DNA from: Takakia lepidozioides
Lineage: Eukaryota; Plantae; Bryophyta
Direction: 5' to 3'
NCBI GenBank assembly: GCA_030704615.1
Contig: CM060731.1
Location: forward strand, 57,412,001-57,476,000
DNA: 64,000 nucleotides
The notes under the pieces are model-generated. The model saw only the letters and a program-made list of their open reading frames with translations, was not told the origin of the DNA and ran no database searches. The position numbers and the translations under genes were made by a program. Each line of letters opens with the position of its first letter. Position 1 is the stretch's first letter. Below are positions 14,201 to 27,039 of the stretch, one piece after another.

Positions 14201-14996
14201 GCCAGACACTATGATAGGAGACTTTGCGGTAGTACCTTGTAATCTTTTCATCTCCTCTACCAGTGCGTTGTACATTATGTCCGCCCATTGTACCTCTTGT
14301 CCCTTCAGGCCTTGAGTATTTCCTCCGTGAAGGATCTGCTCAAATACTGTTGGTTCTGTTTCATGGCAATCAGAACGTTCAATACCTGGCCTACCTCTTT
14401 TAACCCTGGGTACACAGCCTTGGTACAAGCATAACCCTGAGTTTTAAAGAAACTCCCTTCTTGGAATAAGTCCCTATTTGCAGTCTTGCCCTGTGTTCTC
14501 CACATGCACCTGACCTGCTGGCAATCGAAACAATTGCTGGAGGTATAGGGGAGTAATCATTAATTCAACTCCCTTCACCGTTGTTGTTCCTGTCCTTGGC
14601 TCAAAGTTCTGCAAAAATTGTAACATGTACTGTCTATGGTGTAGTGTCCAATCTAGGCTTTGCAATCCTTGCAATCTCAGCTCCTCCAGTATCTGTATCG
14701 CCTGTGGGGTAGCAATCGTTTGTTTCTGCAGAATTGTGGTGCTCTTCACCCTGATTTCCTCCATTCCTCTCACTCTCTTCATTTTAGACTCACAGAACTG
14801 TTTTGGCTGTAACAACTGCAGGAATGCCTGTAGTGCACAAAGCATAAACGTATGGTGCCGCAGAAAGCTATGGGTAATTCTTGTAAGCCTGCGGGGCTTG
14901 CAAGCATCGCTCAAGAGAAAAGCTCCGCTCTGTCCTTTCGTGTCTATGCCACTGCGTAAGTAATATTGCGAGCGTATAGTCTGTTAGTTCCTCCAT
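11233..14996 (-). pseudogene. Large extra ORF between integrase and 3' LTR (env-like position), frameshifted
   Basis: ORF fragments colinear with 52346-56121 and 57554-61040; begins MEELTDYTLAILLTQW. Confidence 0.8.
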
Positions 14997-15327
14997 AGTT
15001 TCCAAGTATAGCATTGATGGCCTGTCCTGTCGAGACGCCCGTTACTCAGAACGACGCCGCCTCTTGCGCTCAATTTCCCTCCATTTTCTTGATCCTTTCT
15101 CTGGTTTTCTATTGGCTGTATCCGCTGTGACTGGATTTTAGATTTTATCTTCTTTAGTGGACTTTCCCTGTTGGATAGTCCACTAGGATCACACATGTGA
15201 CAAGAATTCGGCTTTTCTGTACTTGCCGTTCGTTCCGTTTCCCTTTTTCCGTATCATTAATGGGCCGCCTTTCATCCCTTTTGACGGCCGTTCTTGTCCT
15301 CTTTCTTTTTGACACCTGTCTTGCACT

Positions 15328-18300
15328 TCATTCTCGCTGTGTGTCGCGCCCTGACCTCCACGTGTCTATTTTTAAAGTAATTTCCGTTTCTTCGTCAGCC
15401 ATTTTCCTGAAGTTATTATGTGTCCACTTGTCACTGATTCTATGGATCGTGTAACTAGTAGGCTGTGTTGAGCTGTGACAGGCTGTGTCATACTGTGTTA
15501 CGCTGTGATAGGCTGTGATGCACTGTGGTAAGCTGTGATAGGCTGTGACACGCTGTGGTAGGTTGTGATAGGCTGTGTACTGTACGTCGTGATGGGCTGT
15601 GATAGGCTGTGTTACATGATAGGCTGATGGGCTGTGATTGTCACGTTTGTTTTGCCCACCCTGGTCATATATGCTGGGCCTAGCGACAAGTGTTCCATAC
15701 TCCGTTCGTAACACTGGTGCAGCCCGTGACTGCTCTTGCGGTTCAACATGCAAATCATGCTGCAGGGGTTTGTCATGGATACCACTGTACCCCTTCAACT
15801 TATTTGCATTGACTCTTCCCAGCATTTCTTTGTTAATGGTTTGTAACATGGCGGTGTTGTTATCATACATCTTTTGTATGACATAAGGTCCTTTCCATGG
15901 TGATTTAAGCTTAGAAGCTTGAATCTTTCCTTTCTTCTGCAACCATAGAACCAAATCCCCCGTCTTAAAAGTCTTTAACTTGCCTTCATCAAACTGTTCC
16001 TTTCGCTTCATCTGAATTCTGGTCATATTATCAGCTGCATCAGCACGTACTTCTTCCACATGGTATAATTCATGTTTCCTGACCTTGATGGAGTCTTGCA
16101 ATTCCATTCTTTTTCCCCACTCCGTTCTCATGGTAGGTAACAGGAATTCCACTGGAAGTAAGGCTTCCATACCATAAACTAATTGGAATGGTGTATACTT
16201 AGTGGTGACTTTATATGAAGTTGTATGACCACAAAGCTGTCAGCAGCTTTGTATCCCAATCCGTTCTGTTTGCATTGACTATCTTAGCCAAGATAGTACA
16301 TAGTATTTTGTTGGTAGCCTCTGCCTGCCCATTACCCTGTGGGTAATATGTTGTACTCTTTCTATGCACAATCATAAACTCTTTAGTCAACAACTCAATG
16401 GTCTCATTCATGAAGTGACTTCCTTGATCACTGATAAATTCTAAGGGACAGCCAAATCGTGTAAGTATGTTCTCGTACAGGAACCTTGCTGTGGACTTGG
16501 CTGTGTTGTCCCTCAAAGCTTTAGCTTCCACCCACTTTGTAGTATAATCAGTGGCTGTAATTATGTACCTGTTTCGTGTATTCTTGGATGGTGGGTTAAT
16601 TGGTCCAACAAAGTCTAGTCCCCATTTCTGAAATGGTTCCGTAGGCATTGTAGGATGCAAGGCCATCCTTCCAGATCTCTGCAAAGGTCCTAGCCTCTGA
16701 CATTCATCACACTTCTGACAATACTCTGTACATCTTTGAACAAAGTAGGCCACCAGTATCCTGCGAGTAGTATCTTTCTACTGGTAGTCTCTTCTCCAAA
16801 ATGACCTCCAGCCACTCCTTTATGAACTTCCGCCAAAACTTTATTTACTTCATGGTGGTACAAGCATCGTTTTAGTACTCCATCAGGTCCTAACTTATAC
16901 ATTCTGCTTCCTACCATAGTATAAGGTAAAGCTTTGATAGCGATTCTTCCTCTGCTCCTTACCATAACTAGGTGGGCACTGACCATGAGCAAGGTAGTAT
17001 CTGATTGGCCACTGCCAATCTAACCATTCATCTGCACTTCCTTGCACCTCCATTACAAATAAACTCGCATCAGGTAACTGATCGTCCACTCCTGTGGCGG
17101 CCTCTCCTGTTGTTAGTCGTGACAAATGATCTGCCACAAGATGCAAACGGCCAGGCTTGTAAATAACCTCGAACTCAAACTCATGCAAGATTATTAACCA
17201 TCTTGCTATTCTTCCTTATCAAGGTTTGTTTTACCAGATATATCAGAGCCTGGTGATCCACATAAACATAAACTTTCTTCCCAATAGTAATGCCTGAATT
17301 TCTTCACTGCATAGATCATTGCCAATGCTTCTCTTTCCGTTGTGCTATAGTTCCTCTCAGCACTGTTCATCAACCGGCTAGCATAGTACACAGGTGAATC
17401 TATATTCCCTGTAACATTCTGGGCTAACACCGCTCCCAACGCTTCTCCTGATGCATCGCAGTGAACATGAATACTACATGCCAGTGAGGGTTAATCAGCA
17501 CAGGTGTAGTTGTTACTGACAGTGTAAGTTCCTCAAATGCCTGTTGACATTCAGCTGTCCAGGCAAACACTGCATCTTTCTGCTCTCAATGGTGCTGCTA
17601 TTTGTGCATACCTTTTGACAAATCTTCTGTAATAACTGGTTTGCCCAAGGAATCTCCTAACTTTAACATTCACTGGTGGTGGAGAGGCTTTAATGGACTC
17701 TGTCTTTCTGGGATCCACAAGGAGTCCCTTCTTACACACAATGTGTCCCAGAAGCACCCCTGAGTTCACACAGAAAGTACACTTCTCTGGATTCAGCCCA
17801 GACCTCTCATCCTGCATCTGGCCAACATAACTCCAATTTATGCAAGTGCTCATCTTAGAGCTGTACACACTGAAATCATCCAAGAACACCTGCATGAAAT
17901 CATCCAGATACTCATGAAAAGATTCACTTATCACTCTCTGAAAGGTCGCTGGTGCATTACAAAGTCCAAAGGGCATGACTTTGTATGCATAAGCCCCCCA
18001 GTCTGTGATGAAGCTGTTTTCCCTTGGTCTTCTTCTGCCACTTGCACTTGATTATAACCACTGAAGCCATCCATGAATGAGTACATCTCATGGCCTGCCA
18101 CAGTGTCTAATACTGCTTCTGTGAATGGCAAAGGGAAAGGATCTTTCTTCGTACAAGCATTCAGCTTCTTATAGTTCACACATACTCTTAGTTTGCCATT
18201 CTTCTTGGGAACTATAACAATGGGTGACAACCAAGTTGTATACTCTATTGGGTATATAAACTTAGCCTCAGCCAACTTCTTTATCTCTTCTCCAACCTTC

Positions 18301-21300
18301 TGTGCGTAGTTGGGATTCATTCTACCTCGCCTGCTTGATTGGTACTGACCCTGGTTCCAGTTCAATCTTATGCTGACAGACTTCAGGTGGTATCCCTTTT
18401 AGATCCTCATAGCTCCAAGCAAATACATCTCTGTATTTGATGAACAAGCTTTTAGCTTCTTTCGAAGAATTCCGGCTCCAAATCAGCTCCTACTTTCACC
18501 ATCCTCGGTTCCTCTTTAGTTCCCACATTTACTTCTCTCACCTGCTCATCAGCTGTGATTGTCCAACCAGTCACCACTTCATCCTGTAAGCTCACAGTGG
18601 CTGGTTCTCTAGGATTTCTATTTCTCCTTCTCTTTCTTCATAGAAATGTGATGGGTAAATGCTGGTTTTCCTCTTCAGTTGGTGTTGCTGTCACTACACC
18701 ACAGCAGATACCTCTCAAACAACTTAGGCTTTCCAGCCGCATCTCTGCAACCTGCTCCCACTCTGGGTGTGCAGCAAATAGGGTAGCTTCCTGCTCCTCA
18801 TCCAGTCCTCCTCTCCAGTCATACTCTCTGACTCCTCGAGGTCTTCTTGTAGCAGGTAATCTACTAGATTTCTTTGTGGTAATTTGTATCTCGTGTATCC
18901 CATTATGCACGGTTAGTAACTGAGAATTCCAGTCATGGAATACCCTGGCCTGTTTCAGCCACGGACGTCCCAATAATAAGGAGTAAGCCTCCATGACTTC
19001 ATCCATTTTTAATACAGTTACTGTGATCATAAAGATCATTTTCTGTATCTGTATCTTAACTCCTCTTATTAATCCCAATGGCTGTACACTTCTTTGATCT
19101 GCCATTGTTACTGTAAATGGGGCTGGTTTCATGTTACTTAGACCAAGCTTCTTCCTTAATTGGTCTGTCATGATATTTACTCCAGAACCACCATCTATCA
19201 GTACATCAGTTAGTTCTGTGCTTCCAATTCTCAATTGGATTACTGGCATAGAATCATCAAAGTCCATGACTGTTTCTCGCCCTTCCGGCTTCACATTATA
19301 ACTGGTCACCTTGCTGTTCAGGTCTGTGTTTCCTGTCTCTGGGCAATTCGATTGATTGCTTGATACAGCCTGTGCCTACAATAAGGTGCCACAGCTAATA
19401 GCTGTCCAATGGTAATTTCTGCTTTGGTCTGACATATTACTTCAGCCAAAGTCTCTTCATTACTTTGCATGTCTGCATCTTCTTTTTTCCTTTCTTCCTC
19501 ACTCCCTTCTTTTTCTCCTCCAAATATCAGTACTCTTTTGCATTTCCCTTATAGTATCTGCCACTTCCTTGTGCAGTTCCTTCTCATCTTTCCAAGTCTC
19601 TTCATCTTCAGGCATATCATTGCCACTTCCATCTCATCTTCTTCCTCTTCTACTGGAGGTATTAGTTTGGCTTTACTTCTTGTTACTATCATTGTACTTA
19701 CTTCTGGTACAACACATGGCCTAACCATGTGAGCTGCCACCACTGGGCCCTCATTCACAGGAGCTCTCATCTCATTCTGGTGTCTTATCCAGAATGAACA
19801 GGCTGCCTTGCGATGTCCTGGCTGATTACAATAGTAACATAGCTCTTCACCATTGGGTCCTCGCCCTTGGTCTGTTCTTGGATTATTTCTATAATCCTGA
19901 TTCCCGGGCTGGTAATTCCCCCTTGGATTACCCTGATAGTTGCCTCTGGAATTTCCTTGGTAATTCCCTCTTGAATTACCTCTCCCTTCCATGCCATTGT
20001 TATAACCACCAGACCTACCATAGTGGTCCTGATCATTGTTTCTTCTTGGCTGGGGCTGCACCTGATGCACCCTTACTTGCCTAGGTTCTCTTGCAGCTGT
20101 CCTTCTGTTGTAGTAACAATTCTCAGTAGAATGGTTATCCATTTTACAGATAGTACAGTGTTTCTCCATGTGGCATTCTGTGGTGGTATGGCCTTCATTC
20201 TGGCACTTTGCACACCATACACCCTTCCTCCAATGTGTTGCAGCCTCTGTGGCATACTTCTTCAAGATTTCTTCCAATTTTTTTCATAGTTATCCCTCTT
20301 CAACTTCTCCTTTCTCTTACTCTTTTTTTTAGTTCTTGCTCTTCTTCTTCATCTGACTCATCCTCAGAGTCCTCATCTTCTTTTTTTCTCTCTCTCCTGA
20401 GCATTCCCAATTGCTCAATTCTGTTCGCAGTTTCAAATGCCTCCTCCACTGTATTATGGGGTAACATATCCACTTTCTTTTGCAACTCTGGTCTTAGTCC
20501 ACTCACAAACCAAGTCTTCTGTAAACCGGGCGCTGGTACTGCAGCCAGCTTTTTCATCATCAATTCCATCTTCTCCATATACTCTTCAACAGTTTCATGC
20601 TTCTTCTGCTTCAGCTGTTGTAAACTTCCATACACTTCATCCTCAGTTTTACTTGTCCTGAACCTATTTCGAAATGCTGTATTCAAGCCATTCCAGGTTA
20701 GGAAATGATTATCAGGGAATCTTGCATACCATTCACTTGCTTTCTTGATAAGTGAACAAGGAAACAGTCTCATCTTGGCATCATCGCCATTCTCATTGTT
20801 CACTATACACATGTGCTCAAATTGGCTAATGTGTACATCGGGATCCCCTTTTCCTGAATATATTGGAAAGGGTGGTTTTGCCCGTGTTGGTTGTAACGCA
20901 TCTGTGGCCCTACCTTCTGCCCACTGACAGGTGCTGGCACCCTTGCTGGTGCTGGTCCTTCTGGACCTGTTGTTTTTTGTGGTGGATCTTCCACCAAGTG
21001 GTGGCCCTTGAGCACTCCTTGCTTCTGGCCCCACGATATTCACAGTATTCCCAGCTTCAGTTGCACTACTTCCCACACTCCCTGTCCCCCCAGAGCCAGA
21101 TCCAGGCAGCCCGCCTGATCCCCCTGAGCCGACACCTTCGTTGGCCTGTGATCCAAGTGCTCCACTTGATCCAGGTCCAACGGGTTGGGATGTCCTGGTT
21201 GTAGTCTCAACCTCAGCTGTTGGGTCTACTCTTCATATTCTTCCTCTTCTAATTTCTTCTCTCTGTTTTCATCCTCCAAGTTCTGCCCTTGGGTTTCTTC

Positions 21301-21731
21301 TTCACTCATGTAACTCAACTGTAATGGTGTTGGAGAGTCTGAACTCTCCGTTGGCTCTGCCACATCCTCTTCTCCTTCTTCATCTCTGCTTCAGAAACTG
21401 GAGTTCCTGCTTTTGGTGTTCCATGCCAACTCTTATCAAAGATTTCTGTCAAGTCTTTTATCCAAGGATGTACCTCAGATCTTTCACCTCGTGATTGATC
21501 TTCTTCCTGTACCAATTCCCTTAATCTTTCTTGCAAAGAAACAGAAGGAGTGGCATCCAACTCTAGTTCTTCCGGTATAGGTGATGCACTCTTTGATCTT
21601 GATGGTGTGAGAGGTCCAGATGATTCCCCTATGTCTATTCCTCTCTCCCAAAGATATGGATAATTAGCTTTCAGATAGCTTTCTCTTTTTGCTGAATATC
21701 TCTGTCGTCTAGCTTCTCTTTCATCACTCAT
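15328..21731 (-). pseudogene. gag-pol polyprotein of element 1 (frameshifted)
   Basis: Retrotrans_gag-like region, three CCHC knuckles, protease VLIDGGSG, RT (DGFSGYNQ, FLDDF), RNase H (CDASG, RNYSTTERE), integrase (HHCC, WGLDFVGP, SDQGSHF, GPY). No chromodomain and no additional RNase H seen. Confidence 0.95.
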
Positions 21732-21752
21732 GTCCCATGTCTTTCATTTCTT

Positions 21753-22446
21753 TTAATGTGGCAATAACCAAAACTCTCTTCTGTAATATCTCTCGTATAT
21801 GCCTGGGTTTCTTTCAAGCTTCAATGCACCCTTGGCTATACTTGAAGTCTCCGTTACCATATAACCATATGGCAAACAAGTCTGAAAAGCTGTTCTTGGT
21901 GTGAGTTTGATCCACAAAATATCCTTTGGAATCCAATTCTTTACCAGTACAAGCTCTTCATGCATATGAGTATAAACATTCACCTTTCTTTCTTCCCAGC
22001 CTTCAAACTCTACTCGTTTAATGGATAGCAATGCTATCACATAAACCAATGTTGGTAACCAACGTGCTCTTCCTCTACAGGCTACCTGATAAATCTTTAT
22101 CACTCCTTTCTCCAGACCCCATTCTGGATCAGCATCATGCACTCGTTTAAGAATATTTTCTTTACAACCGTCTGGCAATTCCAAGAACCTTTGAAAGAAT
22201 TGTTTGGACAATCTTTCTTCCTTCGTTCCACAGGGAATTTGATTCACTTCAAATTCTTAATGGTCCAACCACCATGATCCCACCAGATGCCTGTCACATC
22301 TGGTTGTTCATGTCCCAGGTCCCCAGTATGGTCGCCAAATGTCGCGCGGCTTTTACTCACCCATCCCTTCGCTATCGAGGCGGAAACTCCAAGATAGAAG
22401 AGTTGGAAATCTCTAAGTACTCAGCCCGCGCAGAACAATCAGTCAT
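21753..22446 (-). pseudogene. Extra 5' ORF (ORF0) of element 1, unknown function
   Basis: 164-aa ORF upstream of gag, conserved in elements 2 and 4; the consensus frame extends to an ATG within the LTR. Confidence 0.7.
22320..22337 (-). promoter_or_regulatory. Primer binding site, tRNA-Arg-like
   Basis: TGGCGACCATACTGGGGA lies 2 nt inside the 5' LTR; TGGCGACC matches the ...GGTCG-CCA 3' end of plant tRNA-Arg. Confidence 0.8.
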
Positions 22447-23341
22447 GACCTTGTGTATCATGGGGGTGTTTCCTATTTGTTTCCTTTTGGTATTCATGTT
22501 AGCTACTTACCATTGATAATTAAGTATCAGTTTGCTTTATCAATCTATTGGTTCCTCACTCATCCATTCATTCCACAGCTTCACTCAGATCTCTCTACAC
22601 AGTGTGATTGTATCGTAAAAGTATCCGATTATGATTTTATCAGGTATCAGGCCGAAGCCATTGTGTCTCTAATCTCCTCTACAATATCATTACAGCTTGC
22701 ATATATCAAGCATCTACTATCTCTCTCTTCTCACTTTCGTTCCTTCTCTCCCCGATCCTCTCCCTATCACCAGAAGTCCTCCTCCGAATCTCCCCCTCAT
22801 TCCCCGTTCTCCCTTTATCTTCCTATCCGCGGTTCTAACCGTTTCCCTCACTAACCGTCGTCTGTGAACTAACATGTTCCCTTCGCAGGTGTTGTTCCCC
22901 ACAGTCGTTCCCTGTCCTACTCTTCGTTCCCTATGATCGTGACAGCTGTGTCAAGCTGTGACTGGCTGTGTGAAACTGTGACGGGCTGTGACTGGTGTTT
23001 GGCTGTGTCGGGCTGTGACTGGCTGTGTGGCTGTACTGTGTCGGCTGTGTTCGGCTGTGTCGGCTGTGACAACTGTGACGGGCTGTGTTGGCTGTGTTGG
23101 TTGTGACGACTGTGACGGGCTGTGTTGGCTGTGTCGGCTGTGACGACTGTGACGGGCTGTGTTGGCTGTGTCGGCTGTGACGACTGTGACGGGACTGTGA
23201 CGACTGTGTTGGGCTGTGTAACCCCCCTCTACAGTGCGCTGCTGTCACCCCTAAGGTTCCTCTTGGTCTCAGTCTGTGCAAAAATTAAGGGTACCCTACA
23301 GATCCCGTATAAGTGTCTAAGTCCCCGACAGTCCTCTAACA
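22340..23341 (-). repeat. 5' LTR of element 1 (1002 bp)
   Basis: Direct repeat of 10295-11194 with a longer GGCTGTG array. Confidence 0.95.
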
Positions 23342-24214
23342 GTCCAGATTCATCCAAGAGGGCCAGAATATTTCAAGCTCCAAATTACCGATGATTCCCT
23401 GTGGAAGGATAGCTACAAAAAATCTGCATGGGTAGATGGTCAATTGGAAGCAGCAGCGACAGCGGTACAATTGATAAAACAAGCACCCTTAATGAAGGAA
23501 CCTTCTTCAACACATTTCACCCTATTTTTCCCTCTTATATTCAGAACCGACCCTAAATTTTCATGTTGAATTTTGCAAGTTAGCTGGTTGAGTCAATCTA
23601 GTTTGGAATGACTTTCACATGATACTGCCAATGTAACAACATGAAAGTATCCAGAAACAGGTAACAGAGATGAGGAGAAGCTGTGGAATGAATATTTTTT
23701 TGACCCCAGTCAATGGTAGGACAACTAAGGCAAAAAGGTGAACGCCTCTTAGACTACAGAGAGTAGCAGATGCAATTCAGTGTAAGGAGCCCAGTCCCGT
23801 GACCCTGTGAGCTGAGCTCACGCTTTAGAAACGAAGCGTGAGCGTAGGCTCATGCTTGCTAAGCATGAGCGTATGCAACGCGTGTGGAGAAGGAGGCCCT
23901 ATTTCCGTGGAAACCACGGTTATAAGCCCAATCCACCACTCCAGACATGGCCAACTGGATGTAGAAAGTGAGGACATACAAGCATGACATATTTGAAATG
24001 CAGAATGACTTCATGCATTGACTTAAATTCAAGTTACGAAGAGTTCGACGATATGCAGTCGATCGCACCCACAAATGCCCGGGTAAAACACATACTGAAA
24101 TGTTCCAATGTGGCCTACTTATAGTAGTGAACATTCCTGATAAATACTAAGGCCTATATGAACATGATTCCCAAGAGTACAAAGATAAGCGCATCAATAG
24201 GTTGGTGACCTGTC

Positions 24215-24480
24215 CTGTTGTAGAAGACTCTCCACTTCACCAAATCTAAGCGTGGCGTCGTGAATGAACTGATCACTTTTGGGGTCGAAGTACATCATCT
24301 ACAGATTTATGTAGTAGAGATGTTTGCAGGGGACCCACTTCCCTCTCATCCCGAGACTGCCCTCACGCATGGTTACAGAATTTGGACATGTGCAATTACG
24401 AAAATTCCCCACCATAACTTGATATGCTCTATCATGAACAACAGACCCTAAAGTGACCAATGTGTATACTCGACCATAGC
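24215..24480 (-). pseudogene. SWIM zinc-finger fragment (MULE-associated type)
   Basis: Manual translation: YQVMVGNFRNCTCPNSVTMREGSLGMRGKWVPCKHLYYINL*MMYFDPKSDQFIHDATL (CxC...CxH). Confidence 0.7.
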
Positions 24481-25166
24481 CCGGGGCCCGGACTCAAAAA
24501 GAGCTCTCCTTGTCTTCTTCTTGGTGCTCTTAAAATTGAGTGCGTCAATGCACGCAATTTTGGGTTGATGATGATAATGAACAGTGTCATATTTCCACGG
24601 AAATAGGCATTGAACCACGGTAATAGGCCCTTAATCTTCGACCACTTACTCATTTTCTCACACAATCCACGGTATTTACTGCTCTACATCTCCACGTTGC
24701 ATTCTCTTGGTCTACAATCTGTTCTGGTCTAAAACAGTCTCAGCGGCGCCACCTTGGTTGGTCTTTAACGACCCTTCTTTCTCATCATCTACTTCAGTCT
24801 GCGCTCACTCCTTTAGCGCATAAGAACTATCAACTATTTTTGAACACAAACTTGCAGTTTTGTCCCTAAGGGGTGATTCATCTCAATTGTTAATTAATAC
24901 ATATATGGTTCATGTTTTGTAGGTTTTTTGGGGCCCTGCGTGTGCAAAGCCTACTAAAATAGGTACTAAGTACTAACTTAGTAAGTAGTAAGAGGCAGTG
25001 GAAGAGAGCGCGCTTCTTCTCTTTTATCTACCCTCTTAGGGCGGTGGGCCGGACCCCCTCAAGCGGTAGGGGACCCTTCTAGAAGGTTACCCCCCACATA
25101 TCACCCTTAGCAACCACCACATGACACCAGTACTTTGCTTATCCGCGTAACCATCTCCCATTTAAT

Positions 25167-25755
25167 CAGCGCAGCTACGGCGTGAGCCCAGCCCCGTGAG
25201 CCTGGGAGCTGAGCTCACGCTTGGCTGACTTGACGTGAGCCCATGTTTCATCTTCATGATGTGGCGTGAGCGTACGTTCACGCCACGTAAGCGTGAGCGT
25301 CCGCCATGTCAGCAGATGTCCGAACACATTTGGCGAAAGAAAAAGAGCCTACACCCAAGGGACCTATAACCGTGGGAATATGCATTTACAGTATGCCGAC
25401 TTATGTTGCATATTCCAAACAAACCGATAATAAAAAGAGACTCCGTGACTCCAATGTTGTGCAGTCTGCCAACTTAAGCTGCATATTGCAAACAAACCGA
25501 CAATGAAAAGAGACCCGTCTGGGTTCCCTTCCCCTTCCCCTTTCATTTGCCTCTCCCCTCACTTGCAGGTCCATTTTTGCCTTTCAAGATAGTGTTCTGA
25601 GCCGATGTACTTGTCATGCAAAAAAATAAAAAATAAAAAATAAAAAATTGCGTATGTGGGATGGGCAGCTGCAGAGGAAACGTGCACCGCAGATGCCTTG
25701 AAAATATGTGCGGTGTCGTACACTGTTTTTAGGGCATCTGCATGGGAACGGAGGG

Positions 25756-25804
<49 letters not shown>

Positions 25805-26808
25805 AGCTGCAGAGAAAACGTGCATCGCAGATGCTTTGAAAGTAGAGGGAATGAAGAAAAACAAAACGTGTGTGGGATGGGCAGCTGCAGAGAAAACGTG
25901 CACCGCAGATGCCTTGAAAGTAGTGGGAATGAAGAAAAACAAAACGTGTGTGGGGGGGGCAGCTACAGAGAAAACATGTACCGCAGATGTCCTGAAAACA
26001 GTGTGCGGCACCGCACAGTACTTTCAGGGCATCTGCGTGGAAATGAAGAAAAACAAAATGTGTGTGGGATAGGCAGCTGCAGAGTAAACATGCACCGCAG
26101 ATGCCCTGAAAACAGTGTGCGGCACCGCACAGTACTTTCAGGGCATCTGCATGGAAATGAAGAAAAACAAAACATGTGTGGGATAGGCAGCTGCAGAGAA
26201 AACATGCACCGCAGATGCCCTGAAAACAGTGTGCGGCACCGCACAGTACTTTCAAGGCATCTACAATGTCCTAGTGGCGGCAGGTGTTGTACCCCATGGG
26301 CTTCACCCTGGATTTTTGGGAGAAAAATAAAACGTGTGTGGGTTGGGCAGCTGTGTGGGAATGAATAAAATAAAATAAAAAATAAAAAACGTGTGTGGGA
26401 TGGGCAGTTGCAGTGAAAACGTGCACCGCAGATGCCCTAAAAGCGGCACTACTTTTCAGGGCATCTGCGTGGGAACCTGCCTGCCTCCATTCGTTCCTCT
26501 CAAACAATCCAACAGTAGAGACACTTTCGGTATAGATGGAAAAACTGCATGATAGAGCTACATGTATCATAAAGGTAGATGATAAAGATGGATGATAAAT
26601 GTAGATGATAAAGCTACATGATAGACCTACAAGATAAAGGAGGATGACAAATGTAGATGATATTATGGTGGTGTGCAATGACTGGAAAGGGGAATTACTT
26701 CCGCGGAAATAGGAACCTCCCACGGAAATACGTCCAATATCTTGGAAATAAATGCGTGACGTGGCGTGAGCCTGGCTGGGCTCACAGGCTCATGATATAG
26801 CAACCTCT
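25167..26808. mobile_element. Non-autonomous DNA element with GTGAGC-rich termini and 8-bp TSD
   Basis: CATTTAAT at 25159-25166 and 26809-26816; termini homologous to those of 27412-29551, 23778 and 40731. Confidence 0.65.
25650..26475. repeat. Tandem array of 78-bp and 114-bp units containing internal palindromes, with a ~48-nt poly(A)
   Basis: GCAGCTGCAGAG-like core at 25803, 25881, 25959, 26073 and 26187. Confidence 0.85.
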
Positions 26809-27039
26809 CATTTAATAGTTGTCGGTCTTCTTACGGTCTTCTTTTTTATTCTAGCAACGACCAAAGGTCGGAAGCTAGTTGTGCCATATCGCCACGTTTC
26901 GTAGCCACGTGTCGTCGTCATTTTTTTTATAAACATGACCGGGCTGCCCTAAAAAAACCGGAAAAAAATCGGGATAGGTGTGCGCCGGGAAGGGATAACG
27001 ATGATTGAAGAGTTTGATGATATTGCATTTGGCCATTTA

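Larger units (their letters stand above)
10295..23341 (-). mobile_element. Full-length non-chromoviral Ty3/Gypsy LTR retrotransposon (element 1, ~13 kb)
   Basis: TG...CA LTRs at 10295-11194 and 22340-23341; 5-bp TSD GTCCA at 10290-10294 and 23342-23346; PBS, PPT and gag-PR-RT-RH-INT order. Confidence 0.97.
4194..24005. repeat. Segmental duplication copy 1 (PPR locus plus flanks, interrupted by LTR element 1)
   Basis: 4194-10294 and 23342-24005 are colinear with 33257-40997 (3' flank, PPR CDS, upstream inverted repeat, downstream GAGCCCAG terminus). Confidence 0.85.

Noticed and set aside
25650-26475. CRISPR-like appearance of the palindromic repeats, and Cys/Phe-rich ORFs
   Set aside because: No unique spacers and no cas genes in a eukaryotic context; the ORFs are repeat and poly(A) artefacts.
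24950-26878. Possible Helitron (hairpin CGACCAAAGGTCG plus CTAG|T at 26858-26879); a similar 5'-end-like repeat at 42975-43125
   Set aside because: Matching opposite termini were not identified; too weak to call.
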